A stretch of 64,000 bases of DNA from Dictyostelium discoideum (lineage: Eukaryota): contig CM000153.2 in NCBI GenBank assembly GCA_000004695.1, forward strand, positions 2,720,001-2,784,000, read 5' to 3'. The notes under the pieces are model-generated. The model was given only the letters and a program-made list of their open reading frames with translations, did not search any database and was not told where the DNA came from. A program made the translations under genes and the position numbers. Below, piece after piece: positions 1-16,772 of the stretch. The stretch's first letter is position 1; the number at the start of each line of letters is the position of its first letter.

Positions 1-32
1 TATTATTTAATGGTAGTATAGCTTATAGAGAT

Positions 33-622
33 ATGGAAAATCATGAATTTTCACAATCAAATTATCCAACCATGACAACAACCTACACTGAAAGAGAAGA
101 AGAGAGAATTAAAAAAAATACTATTCTAAGTAAAGATAAGGAAGCTAAAGATAAGATGGTACAATTACATATTCAAAAAGATCCAACAAAGAAAGAGTTG
201 GTAGAGAATTTTTATAGAGATTATAGAAATAAAGAAATGGAGAAAAAGATAGGTATAGAATTAACCGAAAGAGATAGAGAGTTTGTTTACGATAACATTA
301 CATTGGATCCACCAGCAAATCCACAAAAACAACTTGAATTCCTCCTCGAATCAATTAAATCCAATGAATCATTAATGTTTACAGATCAAGAGTATCAAGT
401 ATATCATTACCTCTTAAATCATAAAAACTCTTTAACAAAAGAACAATTGGAGCAGATTGAAGTAAACTCTAAAGAAGATTTCAAACTTGCAAATAAATTA
501 TACGTTGCAGGTAGTTTAGCAAAAAGTTTTCAAGTATTTAAAAAATTATCAGATTCATTAAATCATGCAATGTCTGATATTTTAATTGCAAATATGTATT
601 TTACAGGTGTTCTTCCAAAAGA

Positions 623-711
<89 letters not shown>

Positions 712-1577
712 GTGGTGGTTTTAAAAGTATAACTGAAAGTATTTTAGCAAATGATAAAGGTAAACCAGATTATGGTTTAGCATTTAAACATTTCTATAAA
801 GCAGCAACAGTATCAAAGATGCCCGTTGCATTTGGAATGATGGGTGAATTAATTTATAAAGGTTTAGTAAAAGATTTCGATTATTATTTTAAAGGTGGTG
901 CTGCTGCTGCTTCCACTATATTAGATTCAAACGAAAAAAGATTATCAATGGCAAAGGTTTGTTTTGCGATTGCATCACAACTTGGATTAAAGTCATCGAC
1001 TCAACAATTGGCATTTTTATTTTTAAATGAAATGAAAAATGATAATGGAGCAATCGAGATATTAAAACGTTTAGCATTAAAACATAATGATATCAATGCA
1101 GTCACAACCATTGGTGCATTGATATTAGAGGATCATCCATCAACCGCTAAAGATCTATGGTTATATGCAAGTAAAATGGGTGATTCAAATGCTCAAACCA
1201 ATTTAGGTCGTTACTATTATAATCATAGTAAAAATCCAGACTATAATAATGCATTCTTACTTTGGAGTGCCGCTTCAAAGCATAACAATCCAGATGCTCA
1301 ATTTTATTTAGGTGGAATGTTTCATTCTGGTTTAGTTGTGGAAAAAGATATTAAAAAATCACTTAGACTCTATGAAATCTCTGCAAAGAATGGTAATTCA
1401 AATTCACAATTCCTCATTGGTAGAGCCTATATCGAAGGTGACGGTGTAGAAAAAAATTTAGAAGTTGGTTATAAATTCTTATCAAAATCAATCAATCAGG
1501 ATAATCAAACAGCTTTAAATTATTTAAATGATTTAGATGAAACTGAAAAAGAAAAATATTTAAATAAAAAAAAATAA
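33..1577 (+). CDS. Sel1-like repeat protein (514 aa) with an internal 32-Asn tract; the C-terminal ~200 aa carry tandem Sel1/TPR-like repeats (e.g. NLGRYYYNHSKNPDYNNAFLLWSAASKHNNPDAQFYLGGMFHSGLVVEKDIKKSLRLYEISAKNGNSNSQFLIGRAYIEGDGVEKN)
   Basis: Single uninterrupted ORF from the first ATG at 33. The repeated A-x-x-x-L/Y-G-x-x-Y consensus is typical of Sel1 repeats. The (AAT)32 microsatellite is in frame as poly-N. Confidence 0.55.
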
Positions 1578-1906
1578 ATAAAAATCATTTTACCTAAAAC
1601 TATTTTTTTTTTTATTTTCAAAATTTATATTTTAATAACAATAATTTTTTTTTTTTTTTTTTTCCTTATAAATATAAAGATACAGATCATAATGATTTTA
1701 TATTATTTTGGAAAATAAATTAATAAAGAAATTATTATGATTTTTCAATTAATTCTTTTAACCTCTTTTCAATCTTTTTGACCATTTAAGTAAAATTAAT
1801 TTCTTTATAAAATATCAATTATTAACCAATAAAAAAAAAATAAAAAAATACATTAAAAAATTCTGAGAGATAAAAAAAAATATTCATAAAAACACCTCTT
1901 TTAAAT

Positions 1907-1939
<33 letters not shown>

Positions 1940-2033
1940 ATTGGCACAAACCAAATAAAATTAAAAGGTAATTATTTTATAATTTTTAAAAAAAAAAAAA
2001 AAAAAAGTTTTAAAGTATGTTTTTTATTTTATT

Positions 2034-3623
2034 TTAACCAGTAAAAACACCAACTGAAAATCTTGAGCAATCAGGATTTGAAATAAAATCAGGATTATTG
2101 CAAAGATATAATTGATTTAAATCACTATATGATACTGAGGTTATGTCCTTAGAGAAACCAAATTCATTTAGTAATTCACTTGGATTTGAATGAAATGATA
2201 CAAACTCTTCTTTAAATAAATTGAATGATCTATTATTTGTACTATTTGTACTTGAACTAATTGAATGAGCAACTGAAGCAGTAGAACATTGTGAAGAAGC
2301 ATTACCACCATTATTTTTTGAATTTTGTGGAGAAACAGTATGAATTAACAATTTACTATTTGGGGCAGATAGCATGCCAATCGAGCCTAAAAGCGTGCCG
2401 ATCTCCTCTTCGGTTAAATACATTAAAACACCCTCCAACACCCAAAGAGTATGCATTGCAGGATTGAAGCCGCAATCTAACAAACTTCCAATCCAACGAT
2501 CACCTTCCTTTACGATATCACCACCGATATAATTGATATGACATTGACTTGTTGGTTTTATAATTGTAGTTGCTTTTTCTAAAACTTTTTTCTTATAATT
2601 TATAACATGTGGTAAATCGATCTCGAATACAGATACATGTTTATCAATTGGTAATCTCAATGAACGACTATCCAATCCTGAACCACAAAAAACAACTTGA
2701 GTATAAAAAAATGCTGATGCATTAAAATGTGCAACTGTTCCTTTAATTGATAAACTATCCATTATCACTTGATCTATATATTTAGTTCTAAATCCAATTT
2801 TATTAATTGAATTTCCACCTTTTTGAAATTCTAACCATGATTGAATTGGATGTGATTTCATTATAAATTCTTTATATGTTACATTATTATTATTATTATT
2901 ATTTATATTTATATTATTACTACTATTATTTAAAAATTGTTGTTGTGGTGAAACTGAATGAAATAATTGAAAACTATCTAAAAGGAGTTGTTTTGATTCT
3001 TCAGTATCTAAAAAGAAAATTGCAAATGGGTCATATATACAAAGTTGGTCACAAACAAATGATAATTGATTTTCAGGTATTAAATCTTGAATGTAAAGAC
3101 CATGTTCAATTAATTTTCTTATATTATCAAAATCTTTACTATTATTATTATTTATATTTATATTTGTTTTACTATTGGTTGTATTATTTAAATCTTGACT
3201 TGAATTTAAACTTTTTGTCATTATACTTAAGAATTTATTTGTTAATATTGCTCTTGAAGCTGCTCCAAAAAATGATGTTCTTGTAATACCTTTTTTTACT
3301 TCATCCTCTTCTCCAATTTCATTTAATAATAATAATTGCTGTTGTTGTTGTTGTAGTAATTGTTGTTGTTGTTGTTGTTGTTGCTGTTGTTGTTGCATAA
3401 TTCTTTTTTGTTCAGCTTCGGCAGCTTGTTTTTGTTGTTGCTGTTGTAGTAATTGTTGTTGTCTTTGTTGGTTATGCATTAATTGTTGTTTTAAAATTAA
3501 TTCTTGTTGTTCTAATAATTCCTTTTCATTATATAAGGGTGATAATCTTATATTATCTGAACTACTTTTATTTAATAAATTGATTTCGCCACTGCTATTA
3601 TGACTTAATAATTGAGTTTCCAT
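2034..3623 (-). CDS. SAM-dependent O-methyltransferase of the leucine-carboxyl-methyltransferase (LCMT/TcmP, PF04072-like) family (529 aa) with an N-terminal poly-Q/coiled-coil extension
   Basis: Motifs VVFCGSGLDSRSLRL (matches VxnLGAGlDTRafRL), VFEIDLPHVINYKKKVL and LWVLEGVLMYLTEEE are diagnostic of the LCM family. The ORF is a single exon. The overlapping + ORF 2876..3286 is a low-complexity artefact. Confidence 0.6.
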   Translation of the reverse strand: METQLLSHNSSGEINLLNKSSSDNIRLSPLYNEKELLEQQELILKQQLMHNQQRQQQLLQQQQQKQAAEAEQKRIMQQQQQQQQQQQQLLQQQQQQLLLLNEIGEEDEVKKGITRTSFFGAASRAILTNKFLSIMTKSLNSSQDLNNTTNSKTNININNNNSKDFDNIRKLIEHGLYIQDLIPENQLSFVCDQLCIYDPFAIFFLDTEESKQLLLDSFQLFHSVSPQQQFLNNSSNNININNNNNNNVTYKEFIMKSHPIQSWLEFQKGGNSINKIGFRTKYIDQVIMDSLSIKGTVAHFNASAFFYTQVVFCGSGLDSRSLRLPIDKHVSVFEIDLPHVINYKKKVLEKATTIIKPTSQCHINYIGGDIVKEGDRWIGSLLDCGFNPAMHTLWVLEGVLMYLTEEEIGTLLGSIGMLSAPNSKLLIHTVSPQNSKNNGGNASSQCSTASVAHSISSSTNSTNNRSFNLFKEEFVSFHSNPSELLNEFGFSKDITSVSYSDLNQLYLCNNPDFISNPDCSRFSVGVFTG

Positions 3624-5188
3624 ATTTTTATTTTTTTTTTACTTTTTATTTTTTTTATTTTAATATTTTAATTTATTTTAATTTATTTTAATTTAATTTA
3701 ATTTATTTTATTTTATTTTAATTTATACTATTTTTATTTTATTTTACTATTTTTATTTTATATTACTATTTTTATTTTTATTTTATTTTTTTTTTATTTT
3801 TATTTTATTTATTATTTTATTTTTTTATGTTATATTATTTTATTTTTTATTTTTAATTTTTTACAATTTAAAATAATATTATTTATTTTTGTCGTGTGCT
3901 TATAATAAAAAAAAAAAAAAATTATTATTTTGTCGTGTGTTTATTACGTATTTAAGTTTTTTTTTTTTTTTAATTTTTTTCCTAACAAAGGTTTTTTTTT
4001 TTTTTTTTTTTTTACTTTAAAAATGGATTTATTAAAATTTAATGAATTAATGAAAGTTTTAAAAAAATAATTTTATTACAAATATGCAAAAAAAAAAAAA
4101 AAAAAAATATATTTACATATATAGGTTAATATATATAAAAGTTAATTCTATTAATTATTGTTGTTAAATACTATTGGTAGGAAAAGAAAAAATATATAAT
4201 AAAACTGAATATAGTTTCTTTTTTTAAAAAAACAAAAATAAAAAATTAAAAAAAAATAAAAAATAAAAAATAAAAAAAAAATAAAAAAAAAAAAAAAATC
4301 AAAATCCACAAAATGAGACAAGTCGCGTGTTTTGGAATTTTTATGAATTTTCGCGAACACAATCCATTGGTGTTGTTGATAAAATGAAATGTTTATTTTT
4401 TTTTTTTTTTTTTCTTTTTTTTTTTTATCATTTTTATTTGATATTAACCATCATCACAAAGGAGTATGTTGGTTATTTTTAACCCACACTATATATTTAT
4501 TTTTGAACATAAAAAAATAACAAAAAAAATAAAATAAAATAAAAAAATAAAAAAAAAAATAAAAAAAAAAAAATAAAAACAAAAATTTACATATGTAAGC
4601 AAGGGTTTTTTGTGACACACCAAACACAAAGGATGATGAAATTTTTTTGTAATCAAGAAATTTCATTTATTTTCAAAAAAAGTTGAAATATTGAAAATTT
4701 AAAATAAAAAAAAAAAATAAAAAAAAAAAAAGACCAAAAACAAAACCATTGTTATATCAACGACTCAAGTTTAAATTAAAACATCAGTGGGCCACTGGAA
4801 AAAATATCAATATTGATATTTCTCGAAATATAGAATAATAAACCAAAAATCAAAATTTTTAGTTATAATAATAATAATAAAAAAAAAAAAAAAAATTGTT
4901 TTAAAAAAATAAAATAAAAATAAAAAAATCTTTTTTGTAGACTCGAAATAAATCAAGGATTCACACCAAATTTTAAATGGTGATTGTAAAAACTTTATTT
5001 TTTTTTTTTTTTTTTTTTTGATATACTTTTTTTTTTTTATTTTGATTAAAGATAATTGTAATTTATTAAATAAAAAAATACGTTATTAAAAACACCCTGT
5101 TTTCCATTTTTTTTTAAGTTTTTGAAACTGTCATTATAAATTCCAGAAAATATTGAATCGGGAGTATGAACAAATTTCCCCATTTTTA

Positions 5189-5262
<74 letters not shown>

Positions 5263-5576
5263 TGGTGATTCATTTTTAAAAAGATTTTTATTTTTTAATG
5301 GGTCTCTTTTATATAGTTTCTTAATTTTTTAATATTATTATCCATTGGCAAGTTTTTTTTTTTTTTTTTAAGCTGATTTTGAAATGTTTGCTAGTTTTCT
5401 TAATGTTAAAGGATCAATATTATTGATAAAAGGGTTTTAAAATTAATAATTAAAAAATATTTAATAATCTCATCATATCAAATTTTTTTTTTTTTTCATA
5501 TTTAATTCGAAAAAAAAAAAAAAAGTGTTTGTAATTTATTAATAATGTGTGGAAAAAAAATTTGGGGCGAAAATGT

Positions 5577-5624
<48 letters not shown>

Positions 5625-6284
5625 AAAAAAAAAATTCCATCATTTAAGGCCCCGATATATCCAGAAATTTCATTTGTTTTCAAACAGATAAATAACTATT
5701 TTTTTTTTTATTTTTTTATTTTTTTATTTTTTTTTTTAAATTTTTTTTTATTTAGTTTGTAGCTTCAATTAAAAAAAAAAAAAAAAAAAAAAAAAATTAA
5801 AGTTTGCAAAGATACCTTTTTTTTTTTTGGGTATGAAAATTATAATATAGGTTTTATATGTTAAAAATAAATATTAAAATATTCAAATAATTATAGTTTT
5901 AATTTTAATTTTTATTTTTTTTAGTTTTTTTTTTTTTTGGAAATAATTAAATTTTAAAAGTATAATTATACTTTATTAAAATCTTTAGATTGTTTAATGA
6001 AGACGTTATTAATTTTTTAAAAAATACCAAATTGTATTTATGGATTTGATACCACCCCACCATGCCAAATTAATAAAAAATTTATTAAAAAAAAAAAACA
6101 AAACAAAAAAAAAAAAAAAAAAAAATTGAAAAAATAATATTAATATTTAATAAATGGTATTAATAGAATTTTATAAAATTAAGTAACCTGAAAAAAAAAA
6201 AAAAATTGAAAAAATAAAAATAATGAGAATAAAATTTAAAAAAATAATCCTCTAAAACATTTATTCTTTTTAAAGTCCTAAATC

Positions 6285-6338
<54 letters not shown>

Positions 6339-6689
6339 GTTCCAGCCAAACTATTAAAAGTAAAAAAAAATGAAAAAAAAATAACAAAAATAATAAAAAA
6401 AAAAACAACAACAACACACACACTTTCTTTATTAATTTTTTTTTCTTTTTCTCTTTTTCATTTTATTTTTATATTAATTTTTTATTTTTTATTTTTTATT
6501 TTTTTATTTTTTTTTTAATTTCATATATATAGTTTTTAAAAAACATATTAAAAATATTAAATATAAAAAAAAATCAAAAAAAAAAAAAAAAAAATCAAAA
6601 AAAAAAAATCTTTTTTTTAAAAAATAAAAAAAAAAAGACTAAAAAAGAGGTTTGCATGCGAGCATAGAAAAAAGAAAAAAAAAAAAAAA

Positions 6690-7303
6690 ATGAATATCCC
6701 TATAGATAGAGTGACACAGCTACAGGGTATGTATCATTTGTTTGAAAATTATTCTTTCTTTCTTTCTTTCTTTTTTTTTTTATGGGGTAATAAGAATTAA
6801 CTTTTTATTTTCTTATTTTTTTTATTTTCTATTTTTTTTTTTTAATATATAAAGATATATACATTTTTGAGACAGCGATTAACCAAACAGTATCAAATAT
6901 ACAAAAGAAAAAAAAGAACTATTTTCGAGTCTCATTGGTGTTATTAACCTTACTAATTATATCATTAGTATGGTGTTTTTCAAAATATAAATTACAACAA
7001 CAAGAATTCATTATAAATAATGGAAATAATAGTAACATTCAACAACTACAACAACAACAACAATTAAATAATTTAGATTCAACAACAATATATACAACAA
7101 ATGATAATGGAGACATTAATTTTCATAATGACAATAATAATAATAATAATTATCGAGATAATCAATCTTCAAATCAAAAAATAGAACAACAAACACTAAC
7201 AGCTCTTGACTATAGTTTACTTTTTCTCCCATCTTCAGTTTTATCATTATCATTAATATTTTCATTAATCATTTATTTTAGTATTGATGATCCATTTTTG
7301 TAA
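6690..7303 (+). CDS. Hypothetical small protein with one predicted TM helix (LVLLTLLIISLVWCF). Tentative 2-exon model join(6690..6726,6855..7303).
   Basis: ATG at 6690 (MNIPIDRVTQLQ) is followed by a GTATGT donor at 6727 and an in-frame AG acceptor at 6853/6854 that joins ORF 6935..7303. No homology recognised. A competing small-ncRNA interpretation on the minus strand is given in the findings. Confidence 0.2.
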
Positions 7304-7473
7304 GTAGAATAATTTGATTTAATTTAAATTATTATTCCTTTTTTTATTTTTTTTATTTTTTTTCTTTTTTTTCTATTTTCACTAACAAAATATAAATTTA
7401 TAGATTTATAACAAGATGTAATTCAACATTATATTTATTTAATATTTATTATTGTTTTTCAAATAAAAAGATA

Positions 7474-7854
7474 ATGATTCTTCCAAAGAAGCAATTAAAT
7501 AATAACTATTATAGTAGTGATAACTATAGTAATTACCAACAACAACCACAACAACAACCACAACAACAACAACAATATAATACGGGATATAATCAACATC
7601 AATATACTGATGAAAATGAATATAACCACAGAGGAAATCGATTGGTTTCAAACCCATCTTCAACCATTCAAAGAAATAAAAAATTTGATACAAATAATAA
7701 TTATAATTTTAATAATAATAATTACAATTATAATAGCAATTTCAATAATAATAATAACAATAACAATATTAATAATAATAATAATAATACCAATAATAGT
7801 AACATTAATATTATTAGTAATAATAATAATAATATCAATAATAATAATAATATT

Positions 7855-7891
<37 letters not shown>

Positions 7892-7950
7892 TTAATAATA
7901 GTGCATATAGTAATTTTAATAATAGTAATGGTTATAATTATACAAATTAA
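7474..7950 (+). CDS. Hypothetical N/Q/Y-rich low-complexity protein (158 aa)
   Basis: ORF with ATG. The composition (QQQPQQQ, long N runs) is typical of Dictyostelium prion-like proteins. The overlapping ORFs 7517..8014 and 7439..7693 are alternative frames of the same repeat. Confidence 0.25.
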
Positions 7951-8154
7951 ATATTTTTTTTATTTATTTTTAATTTTTTTTTTTTTTTTAAATAAAGAGA
8001 AAACTGTTAAATAGGTGTATTAATAATTATAATAATAAAATGATAATAATATCTTATTATTTTATTATTTAACAATTTTTTTTTCTGAAAATACATTTTT
8101 TTTTTTTTTTTTAAAGGAATGTGTTTATAAAAATGTTTTTTTTTTTTTTTATTA

Positions 8155-8381
8155 TTAATGTTTATTTGGATTTTTTTTATATACTGTACCAAATATACCT
8201 TTAATTTGATCAGAACTAACAGGCATGGTTTGATTATAACAATCACTTGTAATATCTTGAAAATGTTCATACTTTTCAATGAAAACTTCTTCCAATCTTT
8301 CCCAAATAACAAGTATCAATTGTGAATCTTTTGTAATATTCTTTTGAACATTTCCTAATGCTTTCAATAAACCTTTTTCAA

Positions 8382-8421
<40 letters not shown>

Positions 8422-11002
8422 CAAAAACATGAAATAAAAATAAAATAAAAGAAAATTAGAAAATAATAATTAATAATTATTCAAAATTAATATAATACAA
8501 ACATTTTCAGTTTTAAACTTTTCAACAATTTTTTTAAATTGTTGTTTTGAATGAGATTGTTGGAATTGAATATCAGAAGGTGGTAAAGTTAATAATAGTT
8601 CATCCATTTTTGTGTAGTATTCAATTAATGGTTTGAATTTGAGATCAATTAAAAAGTTTACATAGATTTCCAAATTTTCTTTAAAAATTGATTGAGAGGT
8701 ATCTTTATGTTGAGTTAGACAATTGATATTAAGTTCTTGTAATTTCAAATAAAAGAAATAATGATTCTCAAGTTTTGAAATGAATTTGTATTTTTTATCC
8801 TCTGGTAATTTCTCTACCAAACCATCCAACCAATTAAATAGCTCTAATATGATCTTCTTATAGGATGATTCAATTAAAAGAGTGCTTGAACCAGTGTCTG
8901 ATTCAGATTTATACTTTTGTAATTCTTTAACAAAGATATGAAAATTTCTAAAATGTGGTAAAACACCACATCTCTTTAAAGAGGTTTGAGTTGACTTAAT
9001 TGCATCAACTTGAACTTCTAAAAATTTGTTGAATAAAGTTTTTATACTTTTTTGTACCTCTGCCAAAATCTTTACAAAATATGAAGAATGATGAGAATCT
9101 TTACGTGAATGAGCGTCAATATATAACTCTGTTTCAAGTAACATTGTTAAAAGATAGAATGGATTAACTTGATCAGCTTTTTCAACCATATTTATTAATT
9201 CTGGTACAACTCCATTAAACATTGCACTTAATATTAAATCCAATGGTGCATCTGGTGATTCTTTAGGTGGTGGTGGTGGTGGTGGTGGTGGTGATGATTC
9301 TTCTGTTGATGATAATGAGCCATTGACTGCATTATTTGGAGATTTTGGACTATTTGAATCAATTGGTTTATCATTATCCAATGAAGGTGATGATGATGAA
9401 TCTGGATCTTTTTTTTTTTTATCTTTTTTATCTTTTTTATCTTTTTTATCTTTTTTATCTTTTTTACTTGATTTTTTATCTTTTCTATCCTTACCATCTT
9501 TATTACTACCACTACCACCACCACTACTATTTGAATGATGATTACGTTGACCAGCTAGTCTTGGTGGGTCTTGATATAAAAAGAAATCCATTACAAAATT
9601 TTGTTTTGTCATTATATAAATTTCTAAACAAGATAATGCATATTTAAATAATCTATTGATTTTACGTTTTTTAATACCATCTTTGCCACTACTACTACTA
9701 CTACTACTACTACTATTTTTAGATGGTGTACTTGTTGATGTATTGTTATTTAAACTATCAATTGATTTCTTTGATGAAGATGAAGAAGAAAAGAAATCAT
9801 TTTGATCCTTTGATTCTTTTTCTAATGACTGTTGAATAGTTGAAAAGAAAAGTTTAATATCACTTTCATAAATTCGACGAAATGCTTTAATATAAGAAAC
9901 AATCAATGGGATTAACTTTTCATGATCCATCTCTTTCAACCAATTAACCAATGGTTTAAATTTTCTTAAAAGGTCATAGTATTCCAAGTAATCTGGAAAC
10001 TTTTCTTCACCGGGTGTTTGAGATGTTGTTGTGATGACATGTTTACCAATTTCCTTATCAGTGGTTTTAAATATATTTTCAACCAATGCTGCGACCTTTC
10101 TTGCAAATGAGATTTTATAAGTTTCAAATACCTTTCTTTGATCTTTAACAGCCATCATATTATCCATACCACTCTTTAATTTGGTTGTTAATGCACGTTT
10201 TAAATCTTCAGCTGCTTCAATTGCCATCTTTAATCCCTTGGTATCGTTAAATTGTGGTGCTGTTAGTGTGGAAATTGTGTTGTCTGATAAAGTCATTAAC
10301 CCAATTAAATTATTCAATTCAGAGTATAATAACTTTTGATTTCTTGATACAATCTCCATCTTATTATTCTTTCCTTCAATATGTTCAATATATTTCTTCA
10401 TATCTTGTAATTGTTTATTATAATACTCAATCCATGCCGTCACACCTGTTAAATGTGTACCATCTTTATCACCTAATTGACTTATAACTTCATTAACTCC
10501 AACACCTGAATCTAAAACACCAACAATCATTTCCTTTAAAAAAAAAAAAAAAAAAAAAAAAAATTATTAATTATTAATTATTATAAAATAAAAATTTATT
10601 TTATTATATAATTTAACATACAGTTTCTAAAGTTGATAACGTTTTACCTAAACGTTCAGTTAAAATATCAACATCTTTTTCAAATGAGAGATAATTATTA
10701 ATAACATTTTCTAAATCTTCATCACCATCATTATTTCCCAAACTAGTTGCACTACTACTTAGAGTATTGTTTGATGGACCATTGCTTACATTATCATTCG
10801 ATTGTGATAGAAATGATGGGTACTCAAGTATTGGGATATTACTATGATGGTGATTTTCACTATCACTCTCTGAATGTGTGGTTTCTGATGGATCGTATTC
10901 ACTCTCACTATATTGACTATATCTATCACTAAATTGACCGCTATATCTATTATGTTGAATACCCACTCTACTAATACCACCTGAATATCCAAGATGATCC
11001 AT
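8155..11002 (-). CDS. Exocyst-complex-subunit-like protein (approx. 880 aa; possibly Sec3/EXOC1-like). 3-exon model join(11002..10622,10533..8503,8382..8155).
   Basis: Exon 1 (MDHLGY...LSFEKDVDILTERLGKTLSTLET) ends at a GTATGT donor. Exon 2 (E-MIVGVLDSGVGVNEV... with coiled-coil/helical-bundle segments and acidic/Ser/Lys-rich linkers) follows a TTTAAAG acceptor. After KFKTEN a weak GTTTGT donor, a roughly 120-nt intron containing a T-run of about 40 nt and an AAAAAG acceptor lead to a terminal exon IEKGLLKALGNVQKN...KNPNKH* that has no ATG of its own. The exocyst assignment rests on overall architecture and size, not on a checked alignment. Confidence 0.4.
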
Positions 11003-11133
11003 TATTTATTATTATTATTATTGTTTTAGTTTTGTGTTATATTAATATTAAAATTTATTAAAAACATTAATTAAAAAAAATATAAAATTTATGAATTTGT
11101 TTTTTTTTTTTTCTTTTTTTATATTAATTAATT

Positions 11134-11164
<31 letters not shown>

Positions 11165-11378
11165 TAAAAAAATAAAAACAATCGACTAACAAATTTTAAG
11201 TTGAAAGGAATAAATAAAAAAAAAAAAAATTTTTTTGGGTGGATTTTTGTATTTTTTTTTTTTTTGGTTTTATTTTTTTTATTTTTTTTTTTATTTTTTT
11301 AATTTAAATTTTTAAAAAAAAAAAAGTAAAAAAGTAAAAAAAACAAAAAAAAAAAAAATTTTAAGAAACAACACTACT

Positions 11379-15364
<3,986 letters not shown>

Positions 15365-15506
15365 AATATAAAAAAAAACTAAAAATAAAAATAAATTTAT
15401 AAAAATTAGGATCAACTCCTTTTTTTTATTTTTCTATCTATATATATATATATTTAAAAACCCAAATTATAATTTTATTTTTTATTTTTTTATTTTTTTA
15501 TAATTT

Positions 15507-16730
15507 TTATGACAATGATAATCTATTTAAAAGTGTTAAAACTTCAGAAGAACTTTCAACAACACCTCTTGCTTTTGTTGATTCTTCAAGATCACCACAA
15601 ACACGAATTGTAAATGATGGTACATTATAAAGTGCTTTAAACATATCTTCATCAGTTTTATCATCACCAATACAAAGTATGAAATCTGCATCAATCTTTT
15701 GAAGGATCATTTTTACTATTTCACCTTTATTGATACCTATTGGTTTAACTTCAATTGCTTTCTTTCCTGATAAAATATCCAATGGGTATTTATTTGCGAC
15801 TGAACGAAGTTGTGCAATCAATTCTTTAGCTTGGAATTGACCAAAGTCTGGATCAGCATTTCTATAATGCCATGTGATATTGACTTGTTTAGTTTCTGTC
15901 ATTGAACCTGGTGTTCTATCTTCAAAATCTTGCATTATTGATAAAACTGTGTCTTTCCATTGAACTTCTGCATTTGGACTTTCAGTCCATGGTTGATTTT
16001 CACCAGGTTGTCTTGTGAAAACGCCATGTTCACAAGACATACCAATTGGTAAATGACCTAACCACTTCTCCAATGACGAACGATCTCTTCCACTGATTAC
16101 GTAAACTTCATTTCTTCTATCTTCTGTTAGTTTACTTAAAACATCAATTAATTGCTTTGATGGCATTGCTTGACTTGGAAGACGAACCAATGGTGTTAAA
16201 GTACCATCATAATCCAAAAAGAAAACTCTAACCTTTGCTTTTTTATAGGAATCTTCAATCTCTTGGAAATTGGCCCTTGGTACACTTGTTTCCATAATCT
16301 CTTTTTGTGTTGCTTCATTTAAATCACATAAGAATCTTTTACCCCAAAAACTTGATGTGTTTGCCAAAACATAATTATAATTGATTTGATGTTTTAATTT
16401 TCTATCATGCATACTCATATTCAATGCTTCAATGATAGCTTCCATTATTTCTTTCTTTGAGAATGGATTAACGATTATTGAACCACCTAAACATCTTGCT
16501 GCACCTGCAAATTCACTTAATATCAATACACCAAAGTTATCCTTTTGACATACAACATATTCATGTGAAGTTAAATTCATACCATCTCTAATTGGTGTTA
16601 TTAATGCAATATCTGCCAATTTATATAATGCTGATAATTCTTCATATGATATTTTCTTATTAATATATTCAATTGGATTAAAACTTAATTTACCAAATTT
16701 ACCATTAATTCTACCAACCATTCTATAATA

Positions 16731-16772
<42 letters not shown>

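Noticed and set aside
2876-3286. ORF (+) MLHYYYYYYLYLYYYY...
   Set aside because: Reverse-strand reading of the (CAA/TTG)n and (AAT)n tracts inside the methyltransferase gene. Pure low complexity with no start context.
4300-4700. Repeated CACAAAGGA / GATGATG motifs and CGCG-containing half-palindromes in the 4.3-4.7 kb spacer
   Set aside because: Too short and imperfect to call a structured element. Probably promoter debris. Not pursued beyond noting.
4151-6423. Several 60-90-aa ORFs made of poly-F/poly-K (4151..4360, 4454..4666, 5450..5683, 5547..5762, 6160..6423)
   Set aside because: Translations of homopolymer A/T runs in intergenic DNA. Not protein-like.
9234-9647. ORFs 9234..9524(-), 9323..9538(+), 9336..9647(+) with poly-H / FLS repeats
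   Set aside because: Alternative frames of the (GATAAAAAA)n and (CCACCA)n repeats inside exon 2 of the exocyst-like gene.
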